Assembly (NCBI GenBank): GCA_964016885.1
Contig: OZ024741.1
Span: forward strand, 72,478,001 to 72,542,000
Reading direction: 5' to 3'
DNA: 64,000 nucleotides
Source: Eledone cirrhosa
Taxonomy: Eukaryota
The notes beneath the pieces were generated by a model. It had not been told where the DNA came from, made no database searches, and saw nothing but the letters and a program-made list of their open reading frames with translations. This document shows, in pieces, positions 26,380-39,178 of this stretch; the first letter of the stretch is position 1; each line of letters begins with the position of its first letter. The translations under genes and the position numbers were made by a program.

Positions 26380-27285
26380 TACAGCACTCTCACCCAATCC
26401 TCCTCACTCGCTCCATTCACACCAATCTCTCCCACTCTCACTATCTATATCTCTATATCCTCCTCTCTATATCTACTACGACCAAACTCTCTTTCTCTAT
26501 ATAAAGCTACAACACGGCACTCTCTCATTACTCCCCTTTAACACCACTAAACTCTCCCCCCTCTCTATATCTACCATACACCTATCACTCTCAACAACCC
26601 TCTTTATATCTACTACCACCAATCTACCCCTCTCTATCTACCACATAGCACTCTCATTATCTTCCTTTCTATATCCATAATCACTAAACTCCTTCTCTCT
26701 TTATATCTACTGTACAACTCTCTCGATCAACACCCTTCTCTATATCTACTACCACCATACTCTCATCCTTTCTATATCTACCACACGGCACTCTCTCATT
26801 ATCTCACTCTTATATCCATAGCCACTAAACTCTCCCCTTTCTATATGTATCGTACAGCACACTCTTCCAACAACCCTCTCTATATCTAATACCACAAAAC
26901 TCTCCTCCTCTCTATATCTACCACACGGCACTCTCTTCTAATCCCCCTCACTCTATTCATTACCCCTAAACTCTCCTCCTCTTATATCAACCACACATCA
27001 CTCTCTCAGTCTCCCCCTCTCTATATCTAACACCAATAATCTCTCCTCCTCTCTATATCTATTACGATACTATCTCTCCCAGCACCCCTCTCTATATCTA
27101 TCATACACCTATCTATCCCAACACCCCTCTCTATATCTACTGCCTTCAAACTCTCTCCCTCTCTATATCTATTACCACCAAACTCTCCCCCTCTCTATAT
27201 CTACCACTCAGCACTCTCTTATTACCTCTTTCGCTGTATCTAATACCAATAATTTCCCCCCTCTCTATATCAATTACCACTTGAT
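26380..27285. repeat. Degenerate CT-rich minisatellite (CTCTCTATATCTACCAC-like), resuming at 32790-32965
   Basis: Recurrent motif on both sides of LINE copy B. Confidence 0.75.
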
Positions 27286-27287
27286 AT

Positions 27288-30200
27288 AGACGTGAATTAC
27301 TTCGCTCCAGACTTTTACGGATTATTATAAAAAAAACTATGAGTTTATTGCTCAATTTAATAGCATTGTTTAGTTTAACCCCTTGCCTGGGCCTTCAGAC
27401 GTTGAGTCAACTAATTTTCGCCCCTTTCTGGGGCGAAATTTTCATTTTTATCTCAAAACTGTGTAGACTTGGTAGTCAGCAATGGATGCCATTTCCACCT
27501 CGCACACTGTCGTGAGTGCCACGCCCACTAAGAAAAGTGGTGGAGGGAAGGTAGGAGTACAAAGCTTGCAGCCTTCCCTCCTCGCATTATCGAAAAACAT
27601 TGAAAATATTGAAACCACGAAACCAAACCCGGTAAATAATACCAGCACCAACAACAAGAACAATGACAATAACACCACAACCAACAACTGCAACAATAGC
27701 AACACCAAGGAAAACATGAACAATATTACCAACAGTGACAACAACAGCAGCAACAAAAAAGACAACAACACCAAAACAACATTTGCACAGACTGTAAAAA
27801 AAAAACGAACTATACACGCCAATAGACATAACAAATGCTAAACAACTACTACAAGACGCAAAACAATTCGTAACTTTTGGCGAAAACGGTGCTTTTAGCA
27901 TCAATTCTCCACAGGAATTATGTAGAGAGGCTGTCCTGAAAACTGGTTCTCAGGACAATATCGAACGAAACAAGAAAACCAGCTCAATTATCACAAAATG
28001 AAATTGAGCTGGTTCTAAAAGATGCAATGAAGGACATAACCTTCATACAAAAAGGTAAACTGTTTGGTAGCATTTCGGTGCTAATGAACAACCAGTCAAC
28101 AGCACAAAAGTACTCGGTAGCACCCATTGTGTTCCCCCGCTTCACCTTTTTCCCCACAGGGGAAAAAGGACACAAAGAATAAAAATAATGAGTATCACAC
28201 CAAATGTAAATATTTGGTGGATACTATGTGGAATCATTGACTTTGATGAAGACAAGATAATTTCAATAGGAAAGTCCTCCGGAGGTGTATTTGGTGGGAC
28301 CAGCGTAGAAGTTCTGGTGCAAATGAGCCCAGAACGAATAGCGAATATCCCACAACGCGTGCCTCTGGACGGGCTAACTTATATAAACATTTCAGTGGAG
28401 GGAAGGCGGCCGTCATGTTACCACTGCTTAAGCAGGGGTCACCTGAGGGCTGCCTGTCCTCAATTAACGAGTAAAAAAAAAGGCTCTTCTGCCAACCCCG
28501 AACACAACACCACCACCACCACCACAACAACAACAACAACAACAACCACAACAACACGGAAAAATAACAACACAACACACTGTTCCACCCTACCCCTCCC
28601 CACCTAAAACAAATACAAAAGCAACCACAACAAAACCCCAAAATATACCTCTCCCCAACAACACGGAAGAGGACTCCGTATCAACGTCACCCAGTGACGA
28701 CGAGGGAGAACCCTTTCAACAGGTGAAAAGGAAAAAAAAAGGCACCACATTAACAAAAATGCTACAAACACACAACCACCAGCACAAACAGAACAAACAT
28801 CACAAACAAAAAAACCCACCCCTCCCCAAAACATAACACATACTACAAAACGCAAACACGCACAAGAACAACAAACAAAAACAAACACAACACAACAAAA
28901 ACTCTATACATACATTAACAAGAACAATAAAACGTTGATGAAACCAATAGAAAATAACCCTTCGGTGGAAACCGAAGGGATCACTTTCACCTACGCAGCG
29001 AACAAACCGCACCTAATGATGATTAGGGTCCCAACGGAAATCTATGTAACTTTGAAAAAGAACCATCCAATGCATGTGGGGACCAACTGCACCAAACCAC
29101 TTAACCACGTCCTATTGAGATGTTTCCCCACCCCCACACCAGACACCCACACCCCACCAAACACCCTAATCCCACAACACACTGATGTCCTCACCCCACC
29201 ACAAACCACCACCCCACCAAACAACCCTTCCAACAACCCCATGGAAATTGTGCAGCCTGGTCCCCAGGAGACGAAGAGGTAAGTAATTTCCTTTCCTCTT
29301 CCTTTTTAACTCTTCAGCACCAACATGGCCAATATAAGAGTTAGATGTGTGAATGCACGCGGCCTGGGGATGTCCTGGAAACAGGGCAAACTCTTAAATG
29401 ACCTCAGGTCGCACAGAGTGGATATAATGGTTATTTGCGAGTCCAGGATCAGCAGCGAGCGCCAACTGCCCCCCATCTTCGACGACTTTGAGATCTACGC
29501 ATCTCTCTGTCAGCCGAGGGGTGGGGTGGGGTTGTCGTTCTGCTGCGAAAATACCTGGGTCTTGCCACACAGAAGGTACACCTGGATCCGGAGGGTCGAC
29601 TGGTGGTTTTAGACGTCGGCAGTGGTGAAGGTGGAGCTTTCAGGCTGGTGGCAGCGTATGCCCCATCTGGGACACCGCGACCGGACTTCTTCCGACGCCT
29701 GGAGAATTTCCTGGGAACGTCTCGCTCCTTGCTTTTAGTGGGGGACTGGAATGGTATCCTGGATGCACGTTGGGACTATGTAGGGGCATGTCCCGATAGA
29801 GGGGGTGTAACAGCCTCAAACGATTAATCGGCCGATTTGATCTGGACGATAGATATCAACTAGATTTTCCGACTGTGCCACTGTGGACGTGGACTAATCA
29901 TAGCGGAACATCTAGGTCGTACCTAGATAGGTTCCTAGTTAGAAATAAGGATAGGGACATATTAAGCTGTCCACGAATGTTCATGGTTGACTATTCGGAT
30001 CACAATTTGGTGACCGGAGTGGTCAACCTTGATAGAACTCATAGACAGGGACCCGGTTACTGGAAGCTAAACTTGTCTTTACCGACAAACAAAGCTTACA
30101 GTAAGCGGATTAGCACACTAGTTAAGCAGCGTTTGACGGGGGCAATTGTCAACAGCAGGTGGTGGGGCTCTCTCAAGAGAGAAATTAGAATAGAATCAAT

Positions 30201-32790
30201 AGGTTTTAGTCGGGAATTAGCATCAGATAGGAATAGAACTGAAAGGGAATTAACAAATAGAGTAGAAGAGGCGATTAGGAGTGGCAACGTGGCCGGCGTG
30301 CTGGCGTCAAGAACGGCCCTAGACCAGTTCTTTGATGCGAATCACGAGGGCTGAGTTGTCAGGAGTAAAATACGTGCTCTGGGTAACGAGGGAGCCAAAG
30401 CTGTTAGCTAGGCCCGAGTGACAAAGGCAAAAAGTGGAAACAAGTCCACGATTCGGTCTTTGAAGGACCAACACGCAAATCTCCGGGTCTCGATGGTCTA
30501 CCATACGAACTTTATGTAGCGATGCCGGGCTTGTTCTCCGGTCTCCTCGAGGCGGTCTACTGCAACTGGCAACAGAACGGGAGAATTCCCAGTTCTGTGA
30601 CCAAAGGCGTAGTCACGCTGGTGAGGAAGGACGAGAACAAGGGGGAAGACATAGATAACTTCAAGCCCATAACTCTGCTAAACACAGAATTAAAGATTTT
30701 GGCCAAGGTGTTAGCGAAGAGGTTGGCGCTTGTCGTCGGGAACCTGGTGGGAGAAGCGCAGTCATGCGCAATCCCGTCCAGGTCCATACACTACAACCTC
30801 CACCTCATGCGATACATCGTAGAGAAGGTAGGGAACGAACCCGGCTTTGGTGGGGCCCTGATCAACTTGGATCAATCTAAGGCGTTCGATAGGGTTGACC
30901 ATCGGTACCTGGATGCGGTGCTCGCGGCGGCAGGCTTCGGACCCGTTTTCAGGGGCTGGATTGCTGCAATGCACAGCAGCAACACCTGCTCGAGGGTCAA
31001 GGTGAACGGCTACCTCTCGGAACCGTTCCAAATCACGCGATCTATCCGACATGGATGCCCTCTCTCCTCCCTCCTGTATGTGCTGGCTCTCGAGCCACTA
31101 CTGCGGAAGCTGGAGCTGTTGCAGGGCATCCCCTTGGAACGGGGATTGCGGAAAGCGGTGACGGCCTACGTCGATGACGTGACAGTAATGGTGTCATGCG
31201 CCTCGGAAATCGGGCAGATTGGCACCTTACTGGAGGAATATGAAAGGTTCACAGGAGCCAAGCTGAACCGGGACAAGTCCGTCGGTTTGCAACTCGGGAC
31301 GTGGAGGGGCAAAACGATGCCCTCCGACGGCATCGTCGGACGCTGCACGGAGGGACCGGTGAAGCTGCTCGGGGTCTGGTTCGGACCGGACCTCCAGGTG
31401 GAGAAAAACTGGGACGAGGTAACGGGCAAGGTGTTTGCACTCGCCCAGAAGTGGGCCGAGTGCAAACTATCCCTGAAAGGTCGAGCAGAGGTGGCGAACG
31501 CTTATATAGCGTCCGTCATCTACTACCGCTTGACCGTCGTGCCTTGCCCAGAGAAAACACTCGCCAAAATGGAGCGCGCGCTCTTCCGATTTCTTTGGAA
31601 GAAGCGGGCTCCTTTGGTGAGAAGATCCATCTGCTGTCAACACCCTTAGAACGGAGGGCTGGGGATGCCGTGGCTGACGATGCGTAGACACGCATTAAGG
31701 CTACGGCACCTCCAGGTATTCCTCACCGGTCAGCCGGTGTGGGCCCTGTTTGTGAGGCGAGCCTTTCCGAGACTCGTCTCACTCACCGAGCTGCAATCCT
31801 GGGTCAAGCAAAGACCGAGAAAAGTGGGCGACAGGCACATTGAATGTGCCCAGGCGCTCACGGCCCTCTGGAAAGCGGATCCGGCAATCAGTGGAGACTC
31901 AACCTCAACATTCTATAGAGGGTTGGTGCGCAGTAAGTGCGACGACGCTCCCGGAGAGGCTCTGGGCATGGAGGAAGATGAGCTGGCCAGTCTGTTCGGT
32001 AGGACGTTTGGCCCGGGACCGATGGACAACTTTTAAAAGTCCCTGGCTTGACAATGTTACCGAGGAGCTCTACCCGTTCGGGACAAGCTCTACAGACACG
32101 GGCGCCCGGGTAGGGACCCCTTGAAGAAGATCTGTCCGAGATGCGTGCATGACGAGGAAACCGTCGCACACACATTTTTACACTGCCCGCGGGCGTCACT
32201 GACCTGTAGGGCTATGTAGAACGACTATTGTCGCGGGTGGGACCAATCTGGTTGACCACCGAGTCCATTGTCATGATCAAACCGCCACCCTCCTTCAAAA
32301 ACGAAGGAGAGGCGGTTTTCCTTTGTGTGATAGCTATGGCGAAAGAGGTTGTATGGTGGACAAGGTTGAAAGGGCTGAGGTCAGACACCTTTCTCTCCGG
32401 CCAACAACTGATTCTTTTTTTCAAATACCACTTTGGAAGAAGAATCAGGATGGAGAGAGAGGTGCTGTACCCCAGCAAGTTTTATGAAAGGTGGGTGAAA
32501 GTAGCGAGAATGGCCCGAGTGAATGGGCCTTCTCTCTATATCAGCCTGTAGGTGAGAGAGGAGAAGAATGAGAAGAGGAAGGAAGCACCCGCTCTTTGTG
32601 CTCCTGAAGAGGAGGGTTGCACATTTTTTCGGGGTGTGTGCGACCCATGTCAACGCCCCTCCCTATTGAGGACATCAATTGTTAAATTTAATTTGTTATA
32701 TGTTTTTTACACGTCTTTTTAAATGTATGTAAACTCCCCCCTTTGTATTTGTCCCAATCTTTGATGCCCTGGTGGCAAATAAATAGAAAT
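27288..32790 (+). mobile_element. Tx1/L1-clade LINE, copy B (related subfamily), disrupted ORF1 and ORF2
   Basis: Same AGACGTG start, CYHCLSRGHLRAACP knuckle, APE from 29325, RT 30522-31649 (YVDD), and a deletion at ~30470 relative to copy A. Confidence 0.9.
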
Positions 32791-32966
32791 TTATATCCAT
32801 AACCACTAAACTCTACCCCTCTCTATAACTACAAAACGGAACTCTCTTCTTACCACTCTATTCATTACCACTAAACTCCCCCCTTCTCTATATCAACCAC
32901 ACGTCACTCTCTCATTACCCCCCTCTCTATATCTAACATCAATAATTTCTCCCCCTCACTATATAT

Positions 32967-33193
32967 AGGTTGTTCACGAGTGGAAACACCTATAAATCTT
33001 CATATACTATGCACGAACGGTAAAACGAAAAATCTAGTGTATCTGGAAGATTTTTTACTGTTTTTTTTTTGTCACACACACCACGGTCTCGCCTCATACT
33101 GTAAACCAGACAAACATCCGATACAGTCATTTTCTCTTCAACCTGTCTTCTCTTATCATCTGTTTACCTGGGGAAGCTGGGTGCGTCAGCTAG
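32967..33193 (+). mobile_element. Second Helitron 3' end
   Basis: Colinear with 26142-26370 and ends GTCAGCTAG|T. Confidence 0.8.
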
Positions 33194-33340
33194 TGTACAT
33201 ATATACGCAGATATGTATATTTATATATGCACAAGCAGACACACACATGCACATACACAGACGTATACCCACAGAGGCATAATTATGCGCACACGCATGC
33301 ACACAATTATATACACACAACCACACATCAACACATATAC

Positions 33341-33376
<36 letters not shown>

Positions 33377-33447
33377 CCGAAGAGACCACTAACCATGTGA
33401 GTACTCAATGCATGGGGAAATGCAGACTGGGTATAGAGATACCCCCT

Positions 33448-33491
<44 letters not shown>

Positions 33492-33496
<5 letters not shown>

Positions 33497-33805
33497 TTAG
33501 TGGTTAGAGCTTGTAATCGAAAGGTTGTGAGTTCGATTCTCGGACCGGGTGATGCGTTGTCCTTGAGCAAGACACTTTATTTCACGTTGCTCCAGTTTAC
33601 TCAGCTGTAGAAATGAGTTGTGACGTCACTGGTGTCAAGCTGTATCAGCCTTGGCCTTTCCTTTGGACAACATCGCTGGTAGGGAGAGGGGAGGCTAATA
33701 TACATGGGTGACTGCTGGTCTTCCACAAACAACATTGCCTGGACTTGTTCCTCGGAGGGAAACTTTCTAGGTGCAAATCCCATGGTCATTCATGACCGAA
33801 GGGGG

Positions 33806-33808
<3 letters not shown>
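33492..33808 (+). mobile_element. SINE family B
   Basis: A-box TGGCTTAGTGG, B-box GAGTTCGATTC, (CT)n tail. Confidence 0.85.
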
Positions 33809-33849
<41 letters not shown>

Positions 33850-33981
33850 TTTATATATATATATATATATATATATAAAGAGAGAGAGAAGACCGAAAAT
33901 CGAACTTACCGGAAATCAAACTTACGACCTCGCGATCATGAACCCAGTATACTAACTGCCGATACCTGCCTTTATATATCT

Positions 33982-34023
<42 letters not shown>

Positions 34024-34359
34024 GCACGTGTCGTAACAGTTAGTATACTGGTTTCAAGTTCGATTTTCGGTTCAGGTGACTCGTTTTTTTGTCACTGAGT
34101 AAGACATTATTTAATGTTGCTTCAGTCCACCCAGCTAGCAAAATGAGAAGTACCAGTCATTCAAGAGTCCAGGTTTGTCATATGTGGAATGCTCAGCCAC
34201 TTACACGTTAATTTTACGAGCAGCTAGTTTCGTTGATTAAATCAACTGCCATGCACTCGTTGGGAAATGACACAAATGTCATGACTGTATCTATATCACC
34301 TATTTACTAATGTATATGCAATCTACATGAACCCTGAATGAGCATCTTATCGAAACCCG

Positions 34360-35215
34360 TATTACATCCCATATTAACTTACATATATCACAGCCTACAT
34401 ATATCCTACATTAGCTTACATATATCCCATAGCCTAGATATATCCCATATTAACTTACATATATCACAGCCTACATATATCCTACATTAGCTTACATATA
34501 TCCCATAGCCTAGATACATCCCATATTAACTTACAAATATCACAGCCTACATATATCCTACATTAGCTTACATATATCCCATAGCCTAGATACATCCCAT
34601 ATTAACTTACATATATCACAGCCTACATATATCCTACATTAGCTTACATATATCCCATAGCCTAGATACATCCCATATTAACTCACATATATCATAGCCT
34701 ACATTTCCCCCATATTAATATGCATCTGCCTCATGCTAACCTACATATATTCCACACTAATTTACATTTATCCCACATTAGCCTACATATATCACACATT
34801 AGCCTACATGTATCCGACATTAGCCTACACATATCCGAAATTAATCTACATATATCCGACATTAGCCTACATATATCCCACATTAGCCTACATATATCAC
34901 ATATTAGCCAACATATATCCCACATTAGCCTACCTATATCCAACATTAACCTACATATATCCCACATTAGCCTACATATATCACACACTAACCTACATAT
35001 ATCCCACATTAGCCTACATATATCCCACATTAGCCTACCTATATCCACCATTAACCTACATATATCCCACATTAACCTACATATATCCCACATTAGTCTA
35101 CATATATCACACATTAACCTACATATATCCCACATTAGCTTACATATATCCTACATTAGCCTACATTTTTCAGACATTAGCCTACATATAACCCATGTCA
35201 GACAACATGTAACCC
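34360..35215. repeat. 21-bp minisatellite with a 76-bp higher-order segment
   Basis: CCCATATTAAC recurs at 34368, 34444, 34520, 34596 and 34672, followed by CACATTAGCCTACATATATCC units. Confidence 0.9.
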
Positions 35216-36227
35216 AGATCAACATAATCCCTAAGTTTGATAACATTTCATCCATTTGATTTGGAGATATATATTAAATTACCCCTAGTCAGCTTACGCA
35301 AAGTCACTCTATGGTTATATATGTATATACCCTATGGTATATATATATGTATGTATGTATGTATGACGCTATAAGAAAATCTTAAATGTGCAGAAATCAG
35401 CAAAAAAGAAAATCTTAAATGTGCAGAAATCAGCAAAAAAAACTAAAATGAAACAAAACAAAACAAAAACAACTACAACAGCATTGTATTAAATATCAAG
35501 CAAAGAAAATTGTCAATTATAATCTCTTTATATTTTTACTACATATGGTTAACTTAACATTATGTATTATGACAGGTCTGATTAAGTATGTGGAACATAG
35601 GCAGAGGGACAGTAATTTTGTGGGAGGAGGGGGAAATATATTACATCGGCGATAGTACGTGACTGGAACTTTAGTTTATCGATCCCGGAAGGATGAAAGG
35701 CAAAGTTGACCTCAACGAGATTTGAACGCAGAAGGTAGAAAGCCCTAAATAAGTACCTCAAAACATTTTGTCCGACGCTACACGATACTGGTAAACCAGC
35801 GCCCTCTATATTATTAAATGTTTAACCTGCTCATTACATAATCATCCCCTTTATTTAATTTAATTTATATGTACCCGCTATATACCCTAAGTTATTATTA
35901 AATATTATACCGTTTCGTATGAAGGCTACGCTGAACAGATAATCACATTCCATTATTTTTTAATTATGTTATATATATACAGTATATACACTCTACATGT
36001 GATAAAACGTGTACCTGATATCGCAACATAAACTTAATATGAAATGAACCTAACTTGCCACTTCATTTTTTTTATTTCTTTCAGATATTCAGTAATATGT
36101 AACTATTACTATAATCATTGTGTGTGGGCTCACACATATGTATCAGCTATGTAGTAGTTCTTAGACATACACACACACACACACATGTGCGTGCGTGTGT
36201 GTGTATGTATATATTTGCATGTATACG

Positions 36228-36259
<32 letters not shown>

Positions 36260-36367
36260 CATACATGTATGTATATATACATACATGTATGTATATATCT
36301 ATGTATATATATATATACATACATGTATATACATGTAAATACATATATGTATATATGCATATATATA

Positions 36368-36427
<60 letters not shown>

Positions 36428-36431
<4 letters not shown>

Positions 36432-39082
36432 GAAAAATTGAACAGGGACAGAACAGAGAGGCAGTACAATAAATGTTTATTAAATTCACGCTCAGGAGAG
36501 TGGGGGGTAGGTGGGGGACGACGTTTCGGGCATAAGCCCTTCTTCAGGTGAGAAGTGTGTGGGAACAGAGTTCAAAAGGTGTGTAGGGGAGTGGTGGAGA
36601 GACATATAGCGAAAGGAAACGGTGCGAATGAAAAATTAACAAATAAAGACAAAAAATATAATGAATAAAAATAAAGCATGATCAAAATACAAGGAATGAG
36701 AAAATTTAAAAATAAAGGCATGATCAAAATAAACTGAAATTAAAAGGGGGGTAAACAGGTGGTGGAAGGGTGTGGAGTGAGTAGGGGTGGTGGCGGGTGG
36801 AATGGGGAGAGGGAGACGGGGTGTCCGAGCGGGGAGGGCTGAAGGTGGTGTGTGTGGTTGGGTGTGCGCGTGTGTGTGTGTGTATGTGAAAGTGAGGGTT
36901 GGGGGAAGAACGGGGTTGCATGTTCAGGAAGTTGTGTGTGGGGGGTGTTTTTGTGGGTCGGAGTGTCTGTGCGTGTGTGGATAGGGGGGTGGGGGCAGAG
37001 GAATCAGGAGGCTGAGGGTGTAAATATGTGGTGGGAAGCACGTGTGTGTGGTTTAAGCGTGTTGTGGGTGTGGGTGGCGTGTGGAGAAAAATTTTTTTTT
37101 GGGGTGTGTGTGTGGGTGAGTTATATAGGTGATGGCGTAAGAGGATGGTTGAAAAGTTGGTAAGTTCCACGTATGTTTGGAGATTTGGTTAGAAGTCAAT
37201 TTCGCGTGTGGGTAATCCAAGAAGCGGTGGTCGGAAGAGGAGAGATGTGGGGTGCGCGCGCAACAGGAAGTGGTCAGCAGTGGGAGTGCTGTGGTCAGTA
37301 GGTGCTGAGAGGTGGTCGGAAGGGCATAGCAGCAGTCGGTAGAATGGTAGGGAGGCGAGGATGGGTAGGTGTGAGAGTTGGAGTGAGGAGGGTGTGTGTG
37401 TGTGTGTGTGTGTGTGTATTAGTAGGGGTGTTAGTGGGATGAGTGAGTGTGGAGCGGGGAGAGAAGGGTGTGTGTGGTTCTATGGAGGGAGTGTGGTGTA
37501 CTGGTGTGTGTGTAGTTTGGTGAAGAGGTGTTAGTGGGTGTTAGTATACGGGAGGTGGGAGGGGTGGAATGCGGGTGTGAGTGGGGGTTAGTGGTGGTAG
37601 GGTGTGTAGAGTTGGTGGTGTACGAGGGTGTGTGGGTACGTGTGCGTGGGGTTGGGGGGTGTTAGTGATGTTAGTTGCGTGTGGGGTGGGTGGTGTAAGT
37701 GGGTGCGTGTGTGCGTGTGATAAGGAGGGGGGAGGAGGAGAAGAGGGGAGGGAAGGGATGTTAGTATGTTAGTTGGGGAAGGGTGGTCAGATGAGGGGTG
37801 GAGTGGAGGTGTTAGTATTGTTAGTGTGGTGTGGGCGGTGAAAAGGAGGGGTGTGTTAGTGGTGTTAGTGGGGGATAAGTGTGGGGGGAGGGGGCGGTCG
37901 AACGCTAAAGGAATAAGGGTGGGGAGTTCAGGCCGGGGGGAGTGTGGGTCTGTAAGATGAAGATAGTGCGTTGTTCGACCGTAAGGCGATGGGCGGGTGT
38001 TCCGTGGCACTGGAGTAGGCCACAGACTGTGAGATGGCGTGCGGAGTGTCCAGGGCCACCAAAGTGGCGGGCGATGGGGGAACTGCCCCCGAGACGAATA
38101 TCCCGGAGGTGCTCCGTGACTCGGTCCGCCAGGCGACGTCCCGTCTGTCCGTAGACTAGGTTGGAGGAGGTGCACGGAAGGCATGCCGGACCGAGAGAGA
38201 GTGGCCGTTGGGACCCTGGAAGGTGGTGGTGTTGGTGATGTGTGGGGACAGGTGTTGCAGCGGGGCCTAGAACAGGGGAAGGAACCAGGGGGGGAACCAG
38301 AGCGTGGGTTGGGGGGTAGGGAGCTGTGGACGAGGAGGGTGCGGAGATTGCGTGCGCGTTTGAAGGAGGGGAGTGGTGGGGTTGGGAAGAGTGGGAGGTG
38401 GAGGGGTCGGACTGGAGGCGTCGGAAGAGGCGGCGGATGGTGCGGTGGAGGGGTAAGGTGGAGGGTGGTAGGTGATGGGGAAGGGGAGACGGTGGGTGGG
38501 TGTGCGGTGGCGTGGGGTGAGGGTGGTGGAGCGGGGGATAGCACGGGCGCGGGTGAGAGCGGTGTAGACGAGAGAGGGGGGGGGGTAACCTCTGCGGATG
38601 AAATGGCTGACTAGGGAAAGGGCCTGGGACTCGAAGTCAGCATCACGGCTACAGAGGCGGCGGATCCTGAGAAGTTGGGAGTAGGGAATGGAGAGTTTAG
38701 TGTGGGTGGGGTGGGAAGAGGTGAAGTCGAGGTAAGAGTGGGAGTCGGTGGGTTTGAAGAAGGCGGAGGTGACGAGGGAGTGGTGGGAGGGGTCGAAGGC
38801 GACGGAGATGTCTAAGAAGTGGACGTGGGTGGTGGAGATAGAGGTGGTGAAGTGGAGGCAGGGGTGGAAGGAGCAGAAGAAGGAGAGAAAGGAGTCGAGC
38901 TGTTCTCGGGTGAGGGTCGTGGCTCCGATACAGTCGTCAATGTAACGACCGTACAGTTCGGGCGTGGGGCCGGTGTACTGGGCAAAGATTTGGGCCTCAA
39001 CATGGCCAACAAAAAGGTTGGCATAGTTCGGGCCCATTCTTGTGCCTATGGCTACCCCCGTGACCTGTTGGTAAAACTCATA
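36428..39082 (-). mobile_element. Penelope-like element (Neptune-type), 5'-truncated, C-rich sense strand
   Basis: GVAIGTRMGPNYANLF, RYIDD, FLDI, KPTDSHSYL, SIPYSQLLRIRRLCS and CSRPRCNTCP. Long 3' region ending in an HHR, AATAAA and (AT)n. Confidence 0.9.
36518..36550 (-). ncRNA. Minimal HHR in the 3' pseudo-LTR
   Basis: CAC-CTGAAGA-AGGGC ttat GCCC-GAAA-CG-TC-GT. Confidence 0.75.
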
Positions 39083-39178
39083 TATATTTAGTATATGTTG
39101 GTTGTATACCAACACCTCAGTATGCAGAATGGAGCACTCGACGAAGTGCGCAGCTTGGTTTGGTTACTCCGGAGTAAT

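Noticed and set aside
34720-35259. HISHISL-repeat protein
   Set aside because: A 21-bp minisatellite that is open in several frames.
37588-38614. Pro-rich and Gly-rich ORFs as separate genes
   Set aside because: Alternative or antisense frames of the C-rich PLE.
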